A DNA stretch of 64,000 nucleotides from assembly GCA_950097015.1 (NCBI GenBank), contig CATNEN010000007.1, forward strand, positions 3,038,001-3,102,000, read 5' to 3'. The DNA is from Macrostomum hystrix. Taxonomy: Eukaryota > Animalia > Platyhelminthes. Both the position numbers and the translations under genes were made by a program. Under the pieces are notes generated by a model. It made no database searches. It was not told the origin of the DNA and saw only the letters and a list, made by a program, of their open reading frames with translations. Shown in pieces: positions 46,655 through 60,030 of this stretch (its first letter is position 1; every line of letters begins with the position of its first letter).

Positions 46655-49600
46655 CTAGTACTGGTGGTTCTTCACGAACAGGGAGCTCTGGCCGGCAGCT
46701 CCGGCGGCGCCGCCTTCGTACTTGCCCAGAGCGGCGTGCGAGTTGGCCTTGGCCCGCTTCAGCAGCTCGGCCTGGGCGGCCTTCACGTTCTCTTTCTTGC
46801 CGCCCCAGGCTGCCAGCACGGAGGCCTGCAGGGCGCGGCCGTAGCTGAAGGTCAGGGCCCACGGCTTCCTACCCGGGAAGCGGTTGATGGCGTCCAGGTG
46901 AATGGTGGCGTCCTCCTCGCTCTGGCCGCCACTCAGGAAGGTGATGCCGACCACGGCTGGCGGAACTCCGCGGCTCAGGGCGGTGACGGTGGCTTCGGCC
47001 ACCTGTTGGGGAGTGTTGCGCACAGGGCAGGCCTGGCCGCAGGTGACCATGTTGGGCTTGAGTAGGGTGCCCTCCAGGTAGACGTGATGATCGGCCAGGG
47101 CCTTGTAGGTGAAGGCCAGCACCTGCTCGGTGACCTTCTGGGCGACAGCCAGGTCGTGATCGCCGTCCTACAGGTGAGAATAAGCAGTTGCTATAATTAT
47201 CAATATTAATTACATGGGTGGCTAGAATATGCGATCTACTCACCTGCAGCACCTCCGGCTCCACAATGGGCACCAGGCCGTTCTGCTGGCAGATGGAGGC
47301 ATAGCGGGCCAGCACATTGGCATTCTCCAGCATAGCCTGGTAAGAGGGCGTATGCGGCCCGATTTTCAGCACGCAGCGCCACTTGGCGAACTGGGCGCCG
47401 TCCTTCTTGTACTGGGCGCAGCGCTCGGATAGGCCGTCCAGGCCCTGAAGTGCGACATGAACACTATTAGTAGTGTAGCATAGCTAGTAGGATAGGTTAG
47501 TTGAGTCTGGTGCACGCGAACCAACCCGTGAATCCGGTCAATTGGGCCCCGTGAATCTGGTTAATTGGGCCCCGTGAATCTGGTCAATCGGGCCCCGTGA
47601 ATCCGGTCAATTGGGCCCCGTGAATCTGGTCAATTGGGCCCCGCGAATCTGGTTAATTGGGCCCAGTGAATCTGGTCAATTGGGCCCCGTGAATCTGGTC
47701 AATTGGGCCCAGTGAATCTGGTCAATTGGGCCCCGTGAATTTGGTGAATTGCTACTCGTGGATATATAGAATTGTGACCCGTTAATCGGATGAATTGTGA
47801 CCCGTTAATCGGATGAATTGTGACCCGTTAATCGGATGAACTGTGACCCGTGAATCGCGAGAATCGTGACCCGTTAATCTGGTCGATTGTAACCCGTGAA
47901 TCAGGTGAATTGTGAATCGTGAATCTGGTGATTTGTGATCCGTGAATCAGGTGAATTGTGATCAGTGAATCTGGTGAACTATGTATGACTCGTGAATCCA
48001 GTGAATTTTAAATCGTGACTTTATCGATCGTGACCCGCGAATGCGGAGAACTGTATTTACCTGGGTGGTGCACTCATCGTGAGATCCGGCGAGCGGCACG
48101 ACGCCCTTGTCCACCTTGATGCCGGGGATGATGCCGCGCTTCTGCAGCAGCTGGGGAAACGGCGTGCCGCAGTCGGCCTTCTGGTAGAAGGTCTCGTGGA
48201 ACAGGATCACGCCCGAGATGTAGTTGGAGGCTTCGGCATCGGCGGTGAACAGCAGCTGGCGATACAGACGGCGATTCTCCTCCGTGTTCTCAACGTTGAT
48301 GCCCTGGAAGCGCTTAGCGCACGTGCCTTAGAACGATGAGGTTAGGGTGAAGCAGCTATTACTATAGTCGTTAGTCGTTACCCTACCTCTCTTTGGTCAG
48401 TCATTGTCCTACCTCACTCTTTGGTAAATCATTGTATACCTCACTCTTTGGTCAGTCATTGTATACCTCACTCTTTGGTCAGTCATTAGCCTACCTCACT
48501 CTTTGGTCAGTCATTAGCCTACCTCACTATTTGGTCAGTCATTGTCCTACCTCACTCTTTGGTCAGTCATTAGCCTACCTCACTCTTTGGTAAGTCATTA
48601 GCCTACCTCACTCTTTGGTCAGTCATTAGCCTACCTCACTCTTTGGTCAGTCATTAGCCTACCTCACTCTTTGGTCAGTCATTAGCCTACCTCACTATTT
48701 GGTCAGTCATTTGCCTACCTCACTCTTTGGTCAGTCATTACTCATTACCCTACCGGCCTACCCGACTCTTCGATATCCTAATCTAGAAAGAACATTTTAA
48801 GGTCCAAACTTGAAAAAAAAGCATCTACACAACTTAGTTAGGTTGGCTACAAGCAAGTATAAACACAGCATAAGTTTAAAGCTGCTGTATAAACATGTCA
48901 ATGTTAATATATACATGCCCCAGCAACTAAAGTAGAGGGGTCCCAGAAACTTTACTTCTGTCTTCCTTCCTGTATCTTTTGGCGTAAACACAGCTGTACG
49001 TGTTCTAATCTAAGCGACAAAAAAACAATTTGTGTACTTTTTGTGTGAAGGACTTACAAATTTACATGATTACTAAGAGTAGCAAGTCCTTTAACATAGA
49101 GCAGATTCGGAGCCAGTTCTAAGCTGCCAGTGCCGCAAAAAAGCAACGAAAGGCTCTAGGCGTAGCTAAGCAAGCAAGCACACAGAACACAGATTCTGTC
49201 TGTCTGACTTCACGCCCAAGATCAATAAATGTGGTCCGAGTGGAATGTACACTTTGCTAGTTTGTGTTTCGCTTGCCTCTCCCGCTCTCTCCCTCCAGAC
49301 TGTACAATACAGCTACACTGCTCTGTGCAGCCTTAGATAGTTCGCATGGCTTAAAGATGAGGGGCAGAGGAGACTGAAGAAAAGTACATTCCGAGATAGA
49401 GAAAGCCCGCCAGTGGGCAATAGCAGGCTGCTAGACTAGTGGAATAGAAATAGAATGGGTTCACTGGAAGGTTGCGGGTTGAATTAATTTTAAACAGAAT
49501 AACAACTATCAGTTAGCTAGCTGGCTAGTGGACATTTTGTGCGGGCCGGCTTGTGCTTAGGGATGCCAACCGGTTTTTAAACCGGTTTAAAAAAACCGGT

Positions 49601-51401
49601 TTTTTGCAGGAAAACCGGTTCTAAAAAACCCGGTTTTTTTGTCAGGTTTTTTGACGGTTTTTAATGGGTTTTTTATTTTAATTATGTCTCACAGAGTCAC
49701 AATTTTTGCACATTTAAGACAAAATAACTGGTAACAAAATTTGCTTCGTGGTGGCAGCGCTACTAAGTCCTTTCAAATTGAACATTAAACTTAAAGTTAA
49801 ATCTAAGTTGAACTTGAAGTATAAATCAAAATTGGGGCCTAATCTAAATAATAAAAACTGTAAATTCAGCTGCTAAAAAGTATTTCTGCTCCCCGAAGGG
49901 GGGCAAAACTTGCTAGTCTAAGTCTAAACCTAAACACATCAAGGGTTCGCCGTTTCTAATCTAACCATCCCAGGGTACCGCCATTTCGAGACTGTGACCA
50001 GTTTGCCTTGGCCAAAATCATCAAATTAATCAATCATTGCTACCAGTACATCATTAAGTTTAAAGTAATCTAATTATTCAGCAAAATTAAGAGTTCGCGA
50101 ATTAGTTACGAACTGATCCGAACTAAATCTCAATTTATATTAAGTTCGCATTGGGTCTTTATTTTAGTTCGCATTTAGTTCGCATTGGCTACGGAACGAT
50201 TCCGAAGAAAGTCCACGGAAAATTTGAATTGGCGCGATATTCAATTTCCGCGAAACCTAACTATAACAAATTTAAAATTAATAGTTCCAAGAAACTTTTA
50301 TTATTATTAATCGGCACGCACACCTTTAACAAATTCACGATTGTATATAAGTTCTATCTTCTATGCTTATTTAGTGCTTTTTAAAAACTTGGTACGCAAA
50401 CCGGTTTTTAAAGACCGGTTTTCTTATAAAAGGCGGTTTTCAAACCGGTTAACCGGTTCTCTAAAAGGGCCGGTTTTTGGCATCTCTACTTGTGCTGTAT
50501 TGGAATGCTATATAGCTTTCTGCGCTCGATTCAGAACCAATTCACGATTTACATATAGTAATTGCATTTAAATCAACAAAAATATCACCTAAAGTATTGG
50601 CGAGAGTTGACGAAAGCCGGTAAGGACTGGGGACGAGAAGAGAGGAAACTGTTGGATTGGACACAGCAATCCCTGAAGGATTGGACACAGCAATCCCTGA
50701 AGGATTGGAGACAGCAATCCCTGAAGGATTTGGGGACAGTAATCCCTGAAGGATTCGGGGACAGCAATCCCTGAAGGATTCGGGGACAGTAATCCCTGAA
50801 GGATTTGGGACAGCAATCCCTGAAGGATTCGGGGACAGTAATCCCTGAAGGATTTGGGGACAGTAATCCCTGAAGGATTCGGGGACAGCAATCCCTGAAG
50901 GATTCGGGGACAGTAATCCCTAAAGGATTCGGGGACAGTAATCCCTAAAGGATTCGGGGACAGCAATCGCTGAAGGATTCGGGGACAATAATCCCTGAAG
51001 GACTAAGGTACAGCAACCCCTGAAGGACTGAGGGACAGCAACCCCTGAAGGACTGAGGGACAGCAACCCCTGAAGGACTGAGGGACAGCAACCCCTGAAG
51101 GACTGGGAATAGCAAACCATAAAGGACCACCATAGTGGAGCAGGAATCACTGAAGGACTGGGGAAGAGATGCCCAAATACATAAAGGATGCTAGTAAATG
51201 ACAGTGAATTTTTATAATAAGGGATATGAATGCATCTTTTTTTCAGTCAAATCATAAAATAAATGCATAGAAAAGTTTGGAATACTTACCAGTGCTCTCA
51301 TCAGCAGCTAAAATGCCTTTGCCAGGAGCAGCAATGGCATTGGCAATGTCACGCAGTTCCTTCTGCTTCTCAGCACTTAGGTACTCAGCAAAGAGAGGCA
51401 T
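46655..51401 (-). CDS. ALDO: Fructose-bisphosphate aldolase class I; exons 51401-51290, 48326-48061, 47444-47244, 47167-46655 (363 aa)
   Basis: Motifs [51 protein letters not shown] (Schiff-base Lys), [10 protein letters not shown] and a C-terminal Tyr. All junctions are GT-AG and in phase. Confidence 0.98.
47525..47990 (+). repeat. ~23-bp minisatellite (AATTGGGCCCCGTGAATCTGGTC grading into AATTGTGACCCGTTAATCGGATG), aldolase intron 2
   Basis: Direct inspection. Confidence 0.93.
48383..48742 (+). repeat. ~28-29-bp minisatellite (CCTACCTCACTCTTTGGTCAGTCATTAG)n, aldolase intron 1
   Basis: About 12 units. Confidence 0.95.
49558..50488. mobile_element. Non-autonomous hAT-like MITE with 8-bp TSD CTTGTGCT, in aldolase intron 1
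   Basis: TIRs TAGGGATGCCAA / TTGGCATCTCTA. An identical 8-mer flanks it (49550-49557 and 50489-50496), and there are subterminal AACCGGTT arrays at both ends. Confidence 0.9.
50660..51170 (+). repeat. 24-25-bp minisatellite (GGGACAGCAATCCCTGAAGGATTC)n, aldolase intron 1
   Basis: About 19-20 units. Confidence 0.95.
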
Positions 51402-52204
51402 GATTTGTTATATTGAATTGTTTGCTTTGTTTTCTGAGAAATTCTAAACTTGAAGCTTCTGGCACAATGGCTTGAATAGAACAGAGAGAATTTTTTGAAA
51501 CTAAATTTCATGTTTTGAGACTTGATGTTATTGATTATTCAAACTTTAATCAACTATATTATATAGACCAATTGTTTCAATTGTATGTCAAATTTTTTAT
51601 ATTATAATATCAGAAAAAATTTATGTTGAAAAAAATAAAGATAAAATTCAACCTAACACTTTACATGTATGAATATATTTAAATTTTACAAAAAATGTAA
51701 CAAATTACTGAAAATTATCTGATAAAAGCACTTTAAAGCATTAGCAATAGTCCATAGTAAAGTTCATGCTAAATGTACACTGGAAGGAAAATTAGGTCTT
51801 TTGTAAACCAATGTACAGCAATTTTTTAAAGGAGTTTTATGGTTTTATGCAAACAAAATTTCATATTTAAATGACAAAACCAAGGCAGAAAACACAGCTT
51901 CGCCTTATAATTACATAGGGATACCATAATGGTACAAGGTTATTCATCTGAAACTTTGGCTGAGCCTGAGCTGCGAGGCTGAGCCTGAGACTTTTCAGAT
52001 TGTTTCTTGTCAACAACTTTGCTAAATAAATAATATATATCCGGATTTATAGGAAAATTTGCAATTTAAACATTGACAATCAGTAGGGGCCTATGTCACA
52101 TATATTGTAAATGTGAAGAAATCTAAAAGACTAAAGTAATTATTTTACATAATTAGTTAATAACTTGAAAGAGATAACTAACTTACACACAAAAACAATA
52201 ATAA

Positions 52205-52958
52205 TGTTGGCATTCTTTTCGAATCGTTCGTTAAATTGTTTTGCTGAAAAGTTTTAAGTTACTTTTATATATAATATATTATGTCGTTTTTTGAATGGCA
52301 GTTGTTATTTGTCCGGTTAACCGGACAAATTCAAGTTTTGAAGTTTTGAAGGGAATCAGATTCAAGGACCACTGTAGTTGTATAACTATTTATTTATTAA
52401 TTAAATATTTATTTACAATCTACTATTTATTAAATAAATAAATAAGTAGGCCTATATTAAGAGGCAATATATTAAGATATATATATATATAAACGAAGAC
52501 ATAGTTGTTCCTTGATCCAGGCATTGGTCTGTCGGCAACCTAAAATTATATATAGATAGCATATAGATCAATTGCCCTTTTAGTTAGATAGGTTAGCTTT
52601 TAGTTTCCTAATTTGCCAGGGACTCAGCTAACTCAACAATGCATTTATATGATAAACATTTCTAAGAAACGATGCCTACATGAATTTTACCACCACTTTG
52701 ACATCAGTGGTTGACAGCAAAGTCACTGTTAACCGGTTAACCGGACGAATAATCAAACGGCTATTTGTCCGGTTAACCGGACGAATAATCTAACCTTTTT
52801 GAATACTGCACATTAAAATCTACGTAATTGTGTTTTAAAGGTTTACATTGAAGATAGATTTACCGATTCACTAAAAATTGCACCTAGAATACTTTTTAAA
52901 GTAATTGAGTTGTTTTCCGTTTTTTGGCACTTTTTGTTCGTACGCAAGAACGCCAACA
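52205..52958. mobile_element. Degenerate TIR element with palindromic subterminal motifs
   Basis: Ends TGTTGGCATTCTT / AAGAACGCCAACA, with repeated palindromes TTTGTCCGGTTAACCGGAC near 52310 and 52730-52785. No TSD found. Confidence 0.4.
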
Positions 52959-53468
52959 GCGGCCAACTTAATCAATAAGTTAAGCATTTTTTTTCTAACG
53001 AGAGAAAAAGAGAGATATGATATAAATGTTCATTGAATATTCATAGGCCAAGTACCATTCTATGAATTCCAGTGTCGTTTTGAAGATTTAGCAACATGGC
53101 TAACAACAAGTGATAAACAAAAATCCAAATCAAGCCTGAATTATTAAAATAATTTTATTGCTTCATGCTTAAAACTGTGCCTAATCTGACATGTTTCGCA
53201 ATTCCCCGTAATTTGACGACATGTTTTTTTATTTTAGTTCTTAGCCTACTTTTTTAGCATAAGTATGTGCCTTTCAGTCCTTCCGATAAAGTATTCGTTT
53301 TACTGTGCTATCCAGCAAAAAGTCCGCACCCGTGTTGACAGAGATAGGGTCTAAGAAACGGTAATCGAACATGCGCGACGGTTGCCTAATGGGCAACTCC
53401 GAACATGTTCTTTGTTCCGAGAACATGTTCTTTTTAATTTATAAGGCTACGTAATGTAAAAATATATA

Positions 53469-55238
53469 CGAGGGGTGTCCAAAAAGTAGTGATACTTTTG
53501 CTCGTATAGCCTTACTGCATGCTTGAAAATCAGCAAGTTTGGTGTTGTTGGAAAGCGAAAAATATCAGCTTTAATTTGACTAAAAAATCATCCTCATATG
53601 TTGTTTTTTTAAAAAGTTATCACTGTCTATTTGAGCAAGGGTGGCTCATAGACTTACAAAAATACTGTATGGTTGACTTTGTTGAGTTTTTATCTGCCTC
53701 AAAGATTCATGAAGCTTTAGAGCTTAACAAATCAATAAATGTAAACCAATAAATACTGGGGTAGCATTTTACAAGCGTACGAGGGTTGCTTTTTTGTCTG
53801 TGGTAAATTGTGGCCAAGCCTTCTTTGCACTGCCAGCTTGCTTCTGCACTGCCAGCTCATTTTTCTTTCACAAGTGCTTGCTTTTTCAAGACCAGATTCT
53901 GTTCAACTGACAGTTATGGAGGTGCGCTCAAAGGAAGGACAGCGACACGCAATTCACACACTATGGAGTATTGGGAAAAGTGGACAGGAGATTTACCATC
54001 ATCTGTGCAGCATTCACGGAGCCGAAGCAGTAAATCGCATGACGGTGTACAGATGGGTCGAGCAATTTGAGTCAGGAAGAACAAATTTGGCTGACTTGCC
54101 AAGCCAGGAAGGCCATCTGCACCAAGCTCAAAGGCTTTGGCTGACCGGATTCTTGATCTGCTGGAAGAAGACTGCAGAATGACAATTCGTGAGATTGCTG
54201 ACAGACTCGACACCCCACGATCAACGGTTCATCTCTGCTTGACCAATATGAACTTCGTTAAGCTGAGCGCCCGCTGGGTCCCAAAGCTCCTCACTGCTGA
54301 TATGCGACTGCAGCGCCAGCAGACATGCCAAGGGAACCTGAATCTGGTAAGTCAACGCGGTGGCTGGAATCAGTTCCGCCAGTTGATTGTTACTGGCGAC
54401 GAGACGTGGGTTCCACATTTTGACCCGCCGACAAAGCAAGAGTCTAAAGTGTGGACACTGAAGGGTTCCGACCCACCACTCAAGGCTCGCCGTGAAACTC
54501 ACTGTAAGAAAATCATGCTGTCAGTTTTCTTTGACTGTAATGGCCCAATCACCATTGACTTCCTGGAGCCGAATACGATGATCAACGCAGACCGTTATTC
54601 GTCTCTCCTTGCAAGCCTGAAGGCAGACATCCAAAATAAGCGGCGCTCGGGAGTCAAGCCAGTCATCCTGCATCATGACAACGCCCGGCCACACACTGCC
54701 CACCAAACAATGGAGGCCATCAAAAAGCTAAAGTTTGACCTTCTGCCTCATCCGCCATATTCGCCAGATCTCGCGCCTGCGGATTTTGCCCTTTTCCCTC
54801 AATTGAAGCGCCACCTGAGGGGCCGTGTCCATGTCAGCCGTGATCACCTTGAACAGGAAGTCCGCAGAGTACTTTTGCACGTGATTCCGCGACAGATCTA
54901 CGCAGATGCGATTGATCGCTTGTTTCGTCGCTGGGAGAAGTGCGTGCAATCGGGGGGTAATTATGTCGAGAAAGCTTCCCTCCCTGATGATGATGAGTCG
55001 TACTAACTGTCGAAACTTCTTGACCTGTTACACAATGCATAAATTCATTGTAACTCTATGGCTGACCTTGTTGTGTGTTTCTATTCATAACTTTGTTATA
55101 GGTTGTGTTTTTGTTAAATGTTTGCAGTCAAATTGAAGCTGATATTTTTCGCTTTCCAACAACACCAAACTCGCTGATTTTCAAGCATGCAGTAAGGCTA
55201 TACGAGCAAAAGTATCACTACTTTTTGGACACCCCTCG
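53469..55238 (+). mobile_element. Mariner (DD34D) transposon, 1770 bp, 113-bp TIRs, TA TSD
   Basis: TA|CGAGGGGTGTCC... and its reverse complement. The TIRs 53469-53581 and 55126-55238 differ at 2 positions by eye. Confidence 0.95.
53916..55006 (+). pseudogene. Mariner transposase with a 1-nt frameshift near 54103
   Basis: The N-terminal HTH (QRHAI..EIYHHL..TVYRWVEQFESGR..DLP) is in one frame. (R)PGRP..ARWVPKLL..GDETW..HDNARPH..YSPDLAPADF is in another, with 34 residues between D2 and D3. Confidence 0.92.
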
Positions 55239-56347
55239 TATGTAGCTACGTGCTGAATGCACCGTTGAGAGAAAACTATATTGCTGGCTAATATGTACGT
55301 TAAGTGCTGGTGAACTAGGATATTACTAGACATAGTATGGTTTAACTCTGTCTTGTTTGTTGACCTCATGCCAAGGAAGGCATAGTTTTTTCGGCGATTG
55401 TGCAGTTTCCCGCTCTAAATTATTTTCACCCTTTTTTCGAGAGAGGGTTACTATAGCTATGATAAGGTGGATAGGTCTAGAGATACTATAGATGTACATA
55501 AAGAAAAAGCGATGGCCTTTACAGGCCAAAAAAGAAGACAATGGTAAAGATAACTGGGGCTTACAATGTCTGTAATTTACTGTAAAGTCTGTAAAATCTG
55601 CATACCAGCATTTAGCCTAAATATGAGCCACCAATGAATATCTTTTTTTTAACAGCGCATATTATCGTGTGTTCAGTACCTAGCGGTATTTAATATACAT
55701 TAAGTAGCCTTATTAATTTAAAAGAACATGTTCTCGGAACAAAGAACATGTTCGGAGTTGCCTATTAGGCGACCGTCGCGCATGTTCGATGTAGCCTAAG
55801 AGTCGTCAACACGGCTGAAAAAGTCTTAGGAACGCAAGGTCGACAAGCAGAACAGATTTTCTGACACGCGTGAGTCAAGGATACAATGAAGGACTCCAAC
55901 GAAAACATGAGATTTACTCCTAGACGTTTCTTGCGTGAGTGTTCACTCTCTACTCATGCACAATTTAAACTACCACTACGTACACAGTAAAAACGCACAT
56001 TTAACTCTTCCTTATAATCACACCAAAACGTTTTAACATACAAATAACGTGTCATTTTAGACGCGATTTAGACGTGCACCAAAACACGCATCTACACAAT
56101 GCAACATGAAGCCGTGAGCTCTATTGTGATCCCTTTTTAGTAGTTAGTAGTGCGTAAATGCCTTTAAATATATGGCATTAACTGGATTCGTACCGTCTCA
56201 CATCATCGGATTGTCGATCGTCGCTGGAAGTAGTGCTCTAAGTTTTAGAATACAACTAGCAAGTTTTGCCCCCCTTCGGGGAGCAGAAATACTTTTAATT
56301 CGTCTAGTATATACTTTTTAGCAGCTGAATTTACAGCTTTTTAAAGC

Positions 56348-57230
56348 TACAATGAACCCCCAGTTGACAATGATCCCCCAGTTAATGATGATCCCCTAGT
56401 TGACGATGATCCCCCAGTTGACAATGATCCCCCAGTTGACAATGATCCCCCAGTTGACAATGAACCCCCAGTTGACAATGAACCCCCAGTTGACAATGAT
56501 CCCCCAGTTGACAATGATCCCCCAGTTGAAAATGATCCCACAGTTGACAATGATCCCCCAGTTGACAAAGATCCCCCAGTTCACAATGAACCCCCAGTTC
56601 ACAATGTACCCCCAGTTGACAATGAACCCCCAGTTGACAATGAACCCCAGTTGACAATGATCCCCCAGTTGACAATGATCCCCCAGTTGACAATGATCCC
56701 ACAGTTGACAATGATCCCCCAGTTGACAAAAATCCCCCAGTTCACAATGAACCCCCAGTTGACAATGATCCCCCAGTTGACAATGATCCCCCAGTTGACA
56801 ATGATCCCCCAGTTGACAATGATCCCCCAGTTGACAATGAACCCCCAGTTGACAACGATCCCCCAGTTGACAATGATCCCCCAGTTGACAATGATCCCAC
56901 AGTTGACAAAGATCCCCCAGTTCACAATGATCCCCCAGTTGATGATGATCCCCCAGTTGATGATGATCCCCAGTTGATGATGATCACCCAGTTGACAATG
57001 ATCCCCAAGTTGACCATGATCCCCCATTTGATGATGATTCCCCAGTTGACAATTATCCCCCAGTTGACCAATACCCCCTAGTTGACAATGATCCCTCAGT
57101 TCACAATGATCCCCCAGTTGACAATGATCCCCCAGTTGACAATTATCCCCCCAGTTTACCAAGATCCTCCAGTTGATGATTATCCCCCAGTTTACCTTGA
57201 TCCCCATTTTGAGGATGACTCCACAGTTGA
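56348..57230 (+). repeat. 18-bp satellite (GTTGACAATGATCCCCCA)n, array 1
   Basis: Direct inspection. Confidence 0.97.
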
Positions 57231-57289
57231 CGTTGTTTTTCAAACACTGGGTTAGCCAAGATTCAAACTCAGGTTTCGCCATGTTTTAA

Positions 57290-60030
57290 ACCCTGCTGGG
57301 CTATGATTCAAACTCTCGTTTTACCATGATTCAGACTCTGGTTGACTATGATTCAAACCGTGGTTTGGCCATGATTCAAACTCTGGTTTAGCCATGATTC
57401 AAACGCTGTTTTTGCAATGATTCAAACTCTGGTTTAGCCATGATTCAGACTCTAGTTTAGCCATGATTCAGACTCTAGTTTAGCCATGATTCAAACTCTG
57501 GTTTAGCCATGATTCAAACTCTGGTTAGCTATGATTCAAACTCTGGATTCACCTTGATTTAAATTTAGCCATGATTCAGACTCTGGTTTAGCCATGATTC
57601 AAACGTTGGTTTAGCCATGATTCAAACCTTGGTTTAGCCATGATTCAAACTCTGGTTTAGCCATGATTTTAACTTTAGTTTAGCCATGATTCAGACGCTG
57701 TGATGATTCAAAGTCTGCTTTAGCCATGATTCAAACTCTGTTTTAGCCATGATTTAAACTCTGGTGTAGCCATGATTCAGACGCTGGTTTAGCCATGATT
57801 TAAACTCTGGTGTAGCCATGATTCAGACGCTGGTTTAGCCATGATTCAAACTCTGGTTAGCTATGATTCAAACTCTGGTTTCGCCTTGATTCAAACTCTG
57901 GTTTTGCCATGATTCATACTATGGTTTAGCCATGATTCAAACTCTGGTTTAGCCATGATTCAAACTCTGGTTAGCTATGATTTAAACTCTGGATTCGCCT
58001 TGATTTAAATTTAGCCATGATTCAGACTCTGGGTTAGCCATGATTCAAACGTTGGTTTAGCCATGATTCAAACCTTGGTTTAGCAATGATTTTGAATCAT
58101 CCTTCAAACTCTGGGTTAGCCATGATTCAAACGCTGGTTTAGCCATGATTCCAACTCTGGTTTAGCCATGATTTAAGCTCTGGTTTAGCCATGATTCAAG
58201 CTCTGGTTTAGCCATGATTCTAACGCTGGTTTAGCCATGATTCTAACGCTGGTTTTGCCATGATTCAAACTCTGGTTTTGCCATGATTCAAACTCTGGTT
58301 TAGCCATGATTCAAACTCTGGTTTAGCCATGATCCAAACTCTGGTTTAGCCATGATTCAAACTCTGGTTTAGCCATGATTCTAACGCTGGTTTAGCCATG
58401 ATTGAAACTCTGGTTAGCCATGATTCAAACTCTGGTTTAGCCATGATTCAGACTCCGGTTGACTATGATTTAGACTCCGGTTGACTATGATTCAAACTCT
58501 GGTTTAGCCATGATTCAAGCTCTGGTTTAGCCATGATTCAAACTCTGGTTTAGCCATGATTTAAACTCTGGTTTAGCCATGATTCATACTCTGGTTTAGC
58601 CATGATTTAAGCTCTGGTTTAGCCATGATTCAAGCTCTGGTTTAGCCATGATTCAAGCTCTGGTTTAGCCATGATTCAAACTCTAGTTTAGCCATGATTC
58701 AAACTCTGGTTTAGCCATGATTCAAACTCTGGTTTAGCCATGATTCAAGCTCTGGTTTAGCCATGATTCAAGCTCTGGTTTAGCCATGATTCAAACTCTG
58801 GTTTAGCCATGATTCAAACTCTGGTTAGCTATGATTCAAACTCTGGTTTAGCAATGATTCAAACTCTGGTTTAGCCATGATTCAGACTCTGGTTTAACCA
58901 TGATTCAAACTCTGGTTTGCCATGATTCAAGCTCTGGTTTAGCCATGATTCAAACTCTAGTTTAGCCATGATTTAAACTCTGGTTTAGCCATGATTCAAA
59001 CGCTGGTTTTGCCATGATTCAAACTCTGGTTTTGCCATGATTCAAACTCTGGTTTAGCCATGATTCAAACTCTGGTTTAGCAATGATTCAAACTCTGGTT
59101 TAGCCATGATTCAGACTCTGGTTTAACCATGATTCAAACTCTGGTTTGCCATGATTCAAGCTCTGGTTTAGCCATGATTCAAACTCTAGTTTAGCCATGA
59201 TTTAAACTCTGGTTTAGCCATGATTCAAACGCTGGTTTTGCCATGATTCAAACTCTGGTTTTGCCATGATTCAAACTCTGGTTTAGCCATGATTCAAACT
59301 CTGGTTTAGCCATGATCCAAACTCTGGTTTAGCCATGATTCAGACTGTGGTTTAGCCATGATTCAAACTCTGGTTTAGCCATGATTCAAACTCTGGTTTA
59401 GCCATGATTCAAACTCTGGTTTAGCCATGATTCAAACTCTGGTTTAGCCATGATTCAAACTCTTGTTTAGCCATGATTCAAACTCTGCATTAGCCATGAT
59501 TCAAACTCTGGTTTAGCCATGATTCAAACTCCGGTTTAGCCATGATTCAAGCTCTGGTTTAGCTTGAACTCTGGCTGGCTATGATTCAAGCCATAGTTTA
59601 GCCATGATTCAAACTCTGGTTTAGCCATGATTCAAACTCTGGTTTAGCCATGATTCAAACTCTTGTTTAGCCATGATTCAAACTCTGCATTAGCCATGAT
59701 TCAAACTCTGGTTTAGCCATGATTCAAACTCCGGTTTAGCCATGATTCAAGCTCTGGTTTAGCTTGAACTCTGGCTGGCTATGATTCAAGCCATAGTTTA
59801 GCCATGATTCAAACGCTGGTTTAGCCATGATTCAAACTCTTGTTTAGCCATGATTCAAACTCTGCATTAGCCATGATTCAAACTCTGGTTTAGCCATGAT
59901 TCAAACGCTGGTTTAGCCATGATTCAAACGCTGGGTTAGCCATGATTCAAACTCTGGTTTAGCCATGATTCAAACTCTGGTTTAGCCATGATTCAAACTC
60001 TGCTTTTGCCATGATTTAAACTCTGGTTTG
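57290..60030 (+). repeat. 23-bp satellite (GCCATGATTCAAACTCTGGTTTA)n
   Basis: More than 110 units with internal duplicated blocks. Confidence 0.98.

Larger units (their letters stand above)
53325..55817. mobile_element. hAT-like MITE (host of the mariner insertion), 8-bp TSD AAAAAGTC
   Basis: Inverted arms 53330-53450 / 55706-55814 (CCGTGTTGAC...GAACATGTTC...AAGGCTAC). AAAAAGTC occurs at 53317-53324 and 55818-55825. Confidence 0.75.

Noticed and set aside
54095-54115. Programmed frameshift in the mariner transposase
   Set aside because: There is no slippery heptamer at the site. A 1-nt deletion or sequencing error is simpler.
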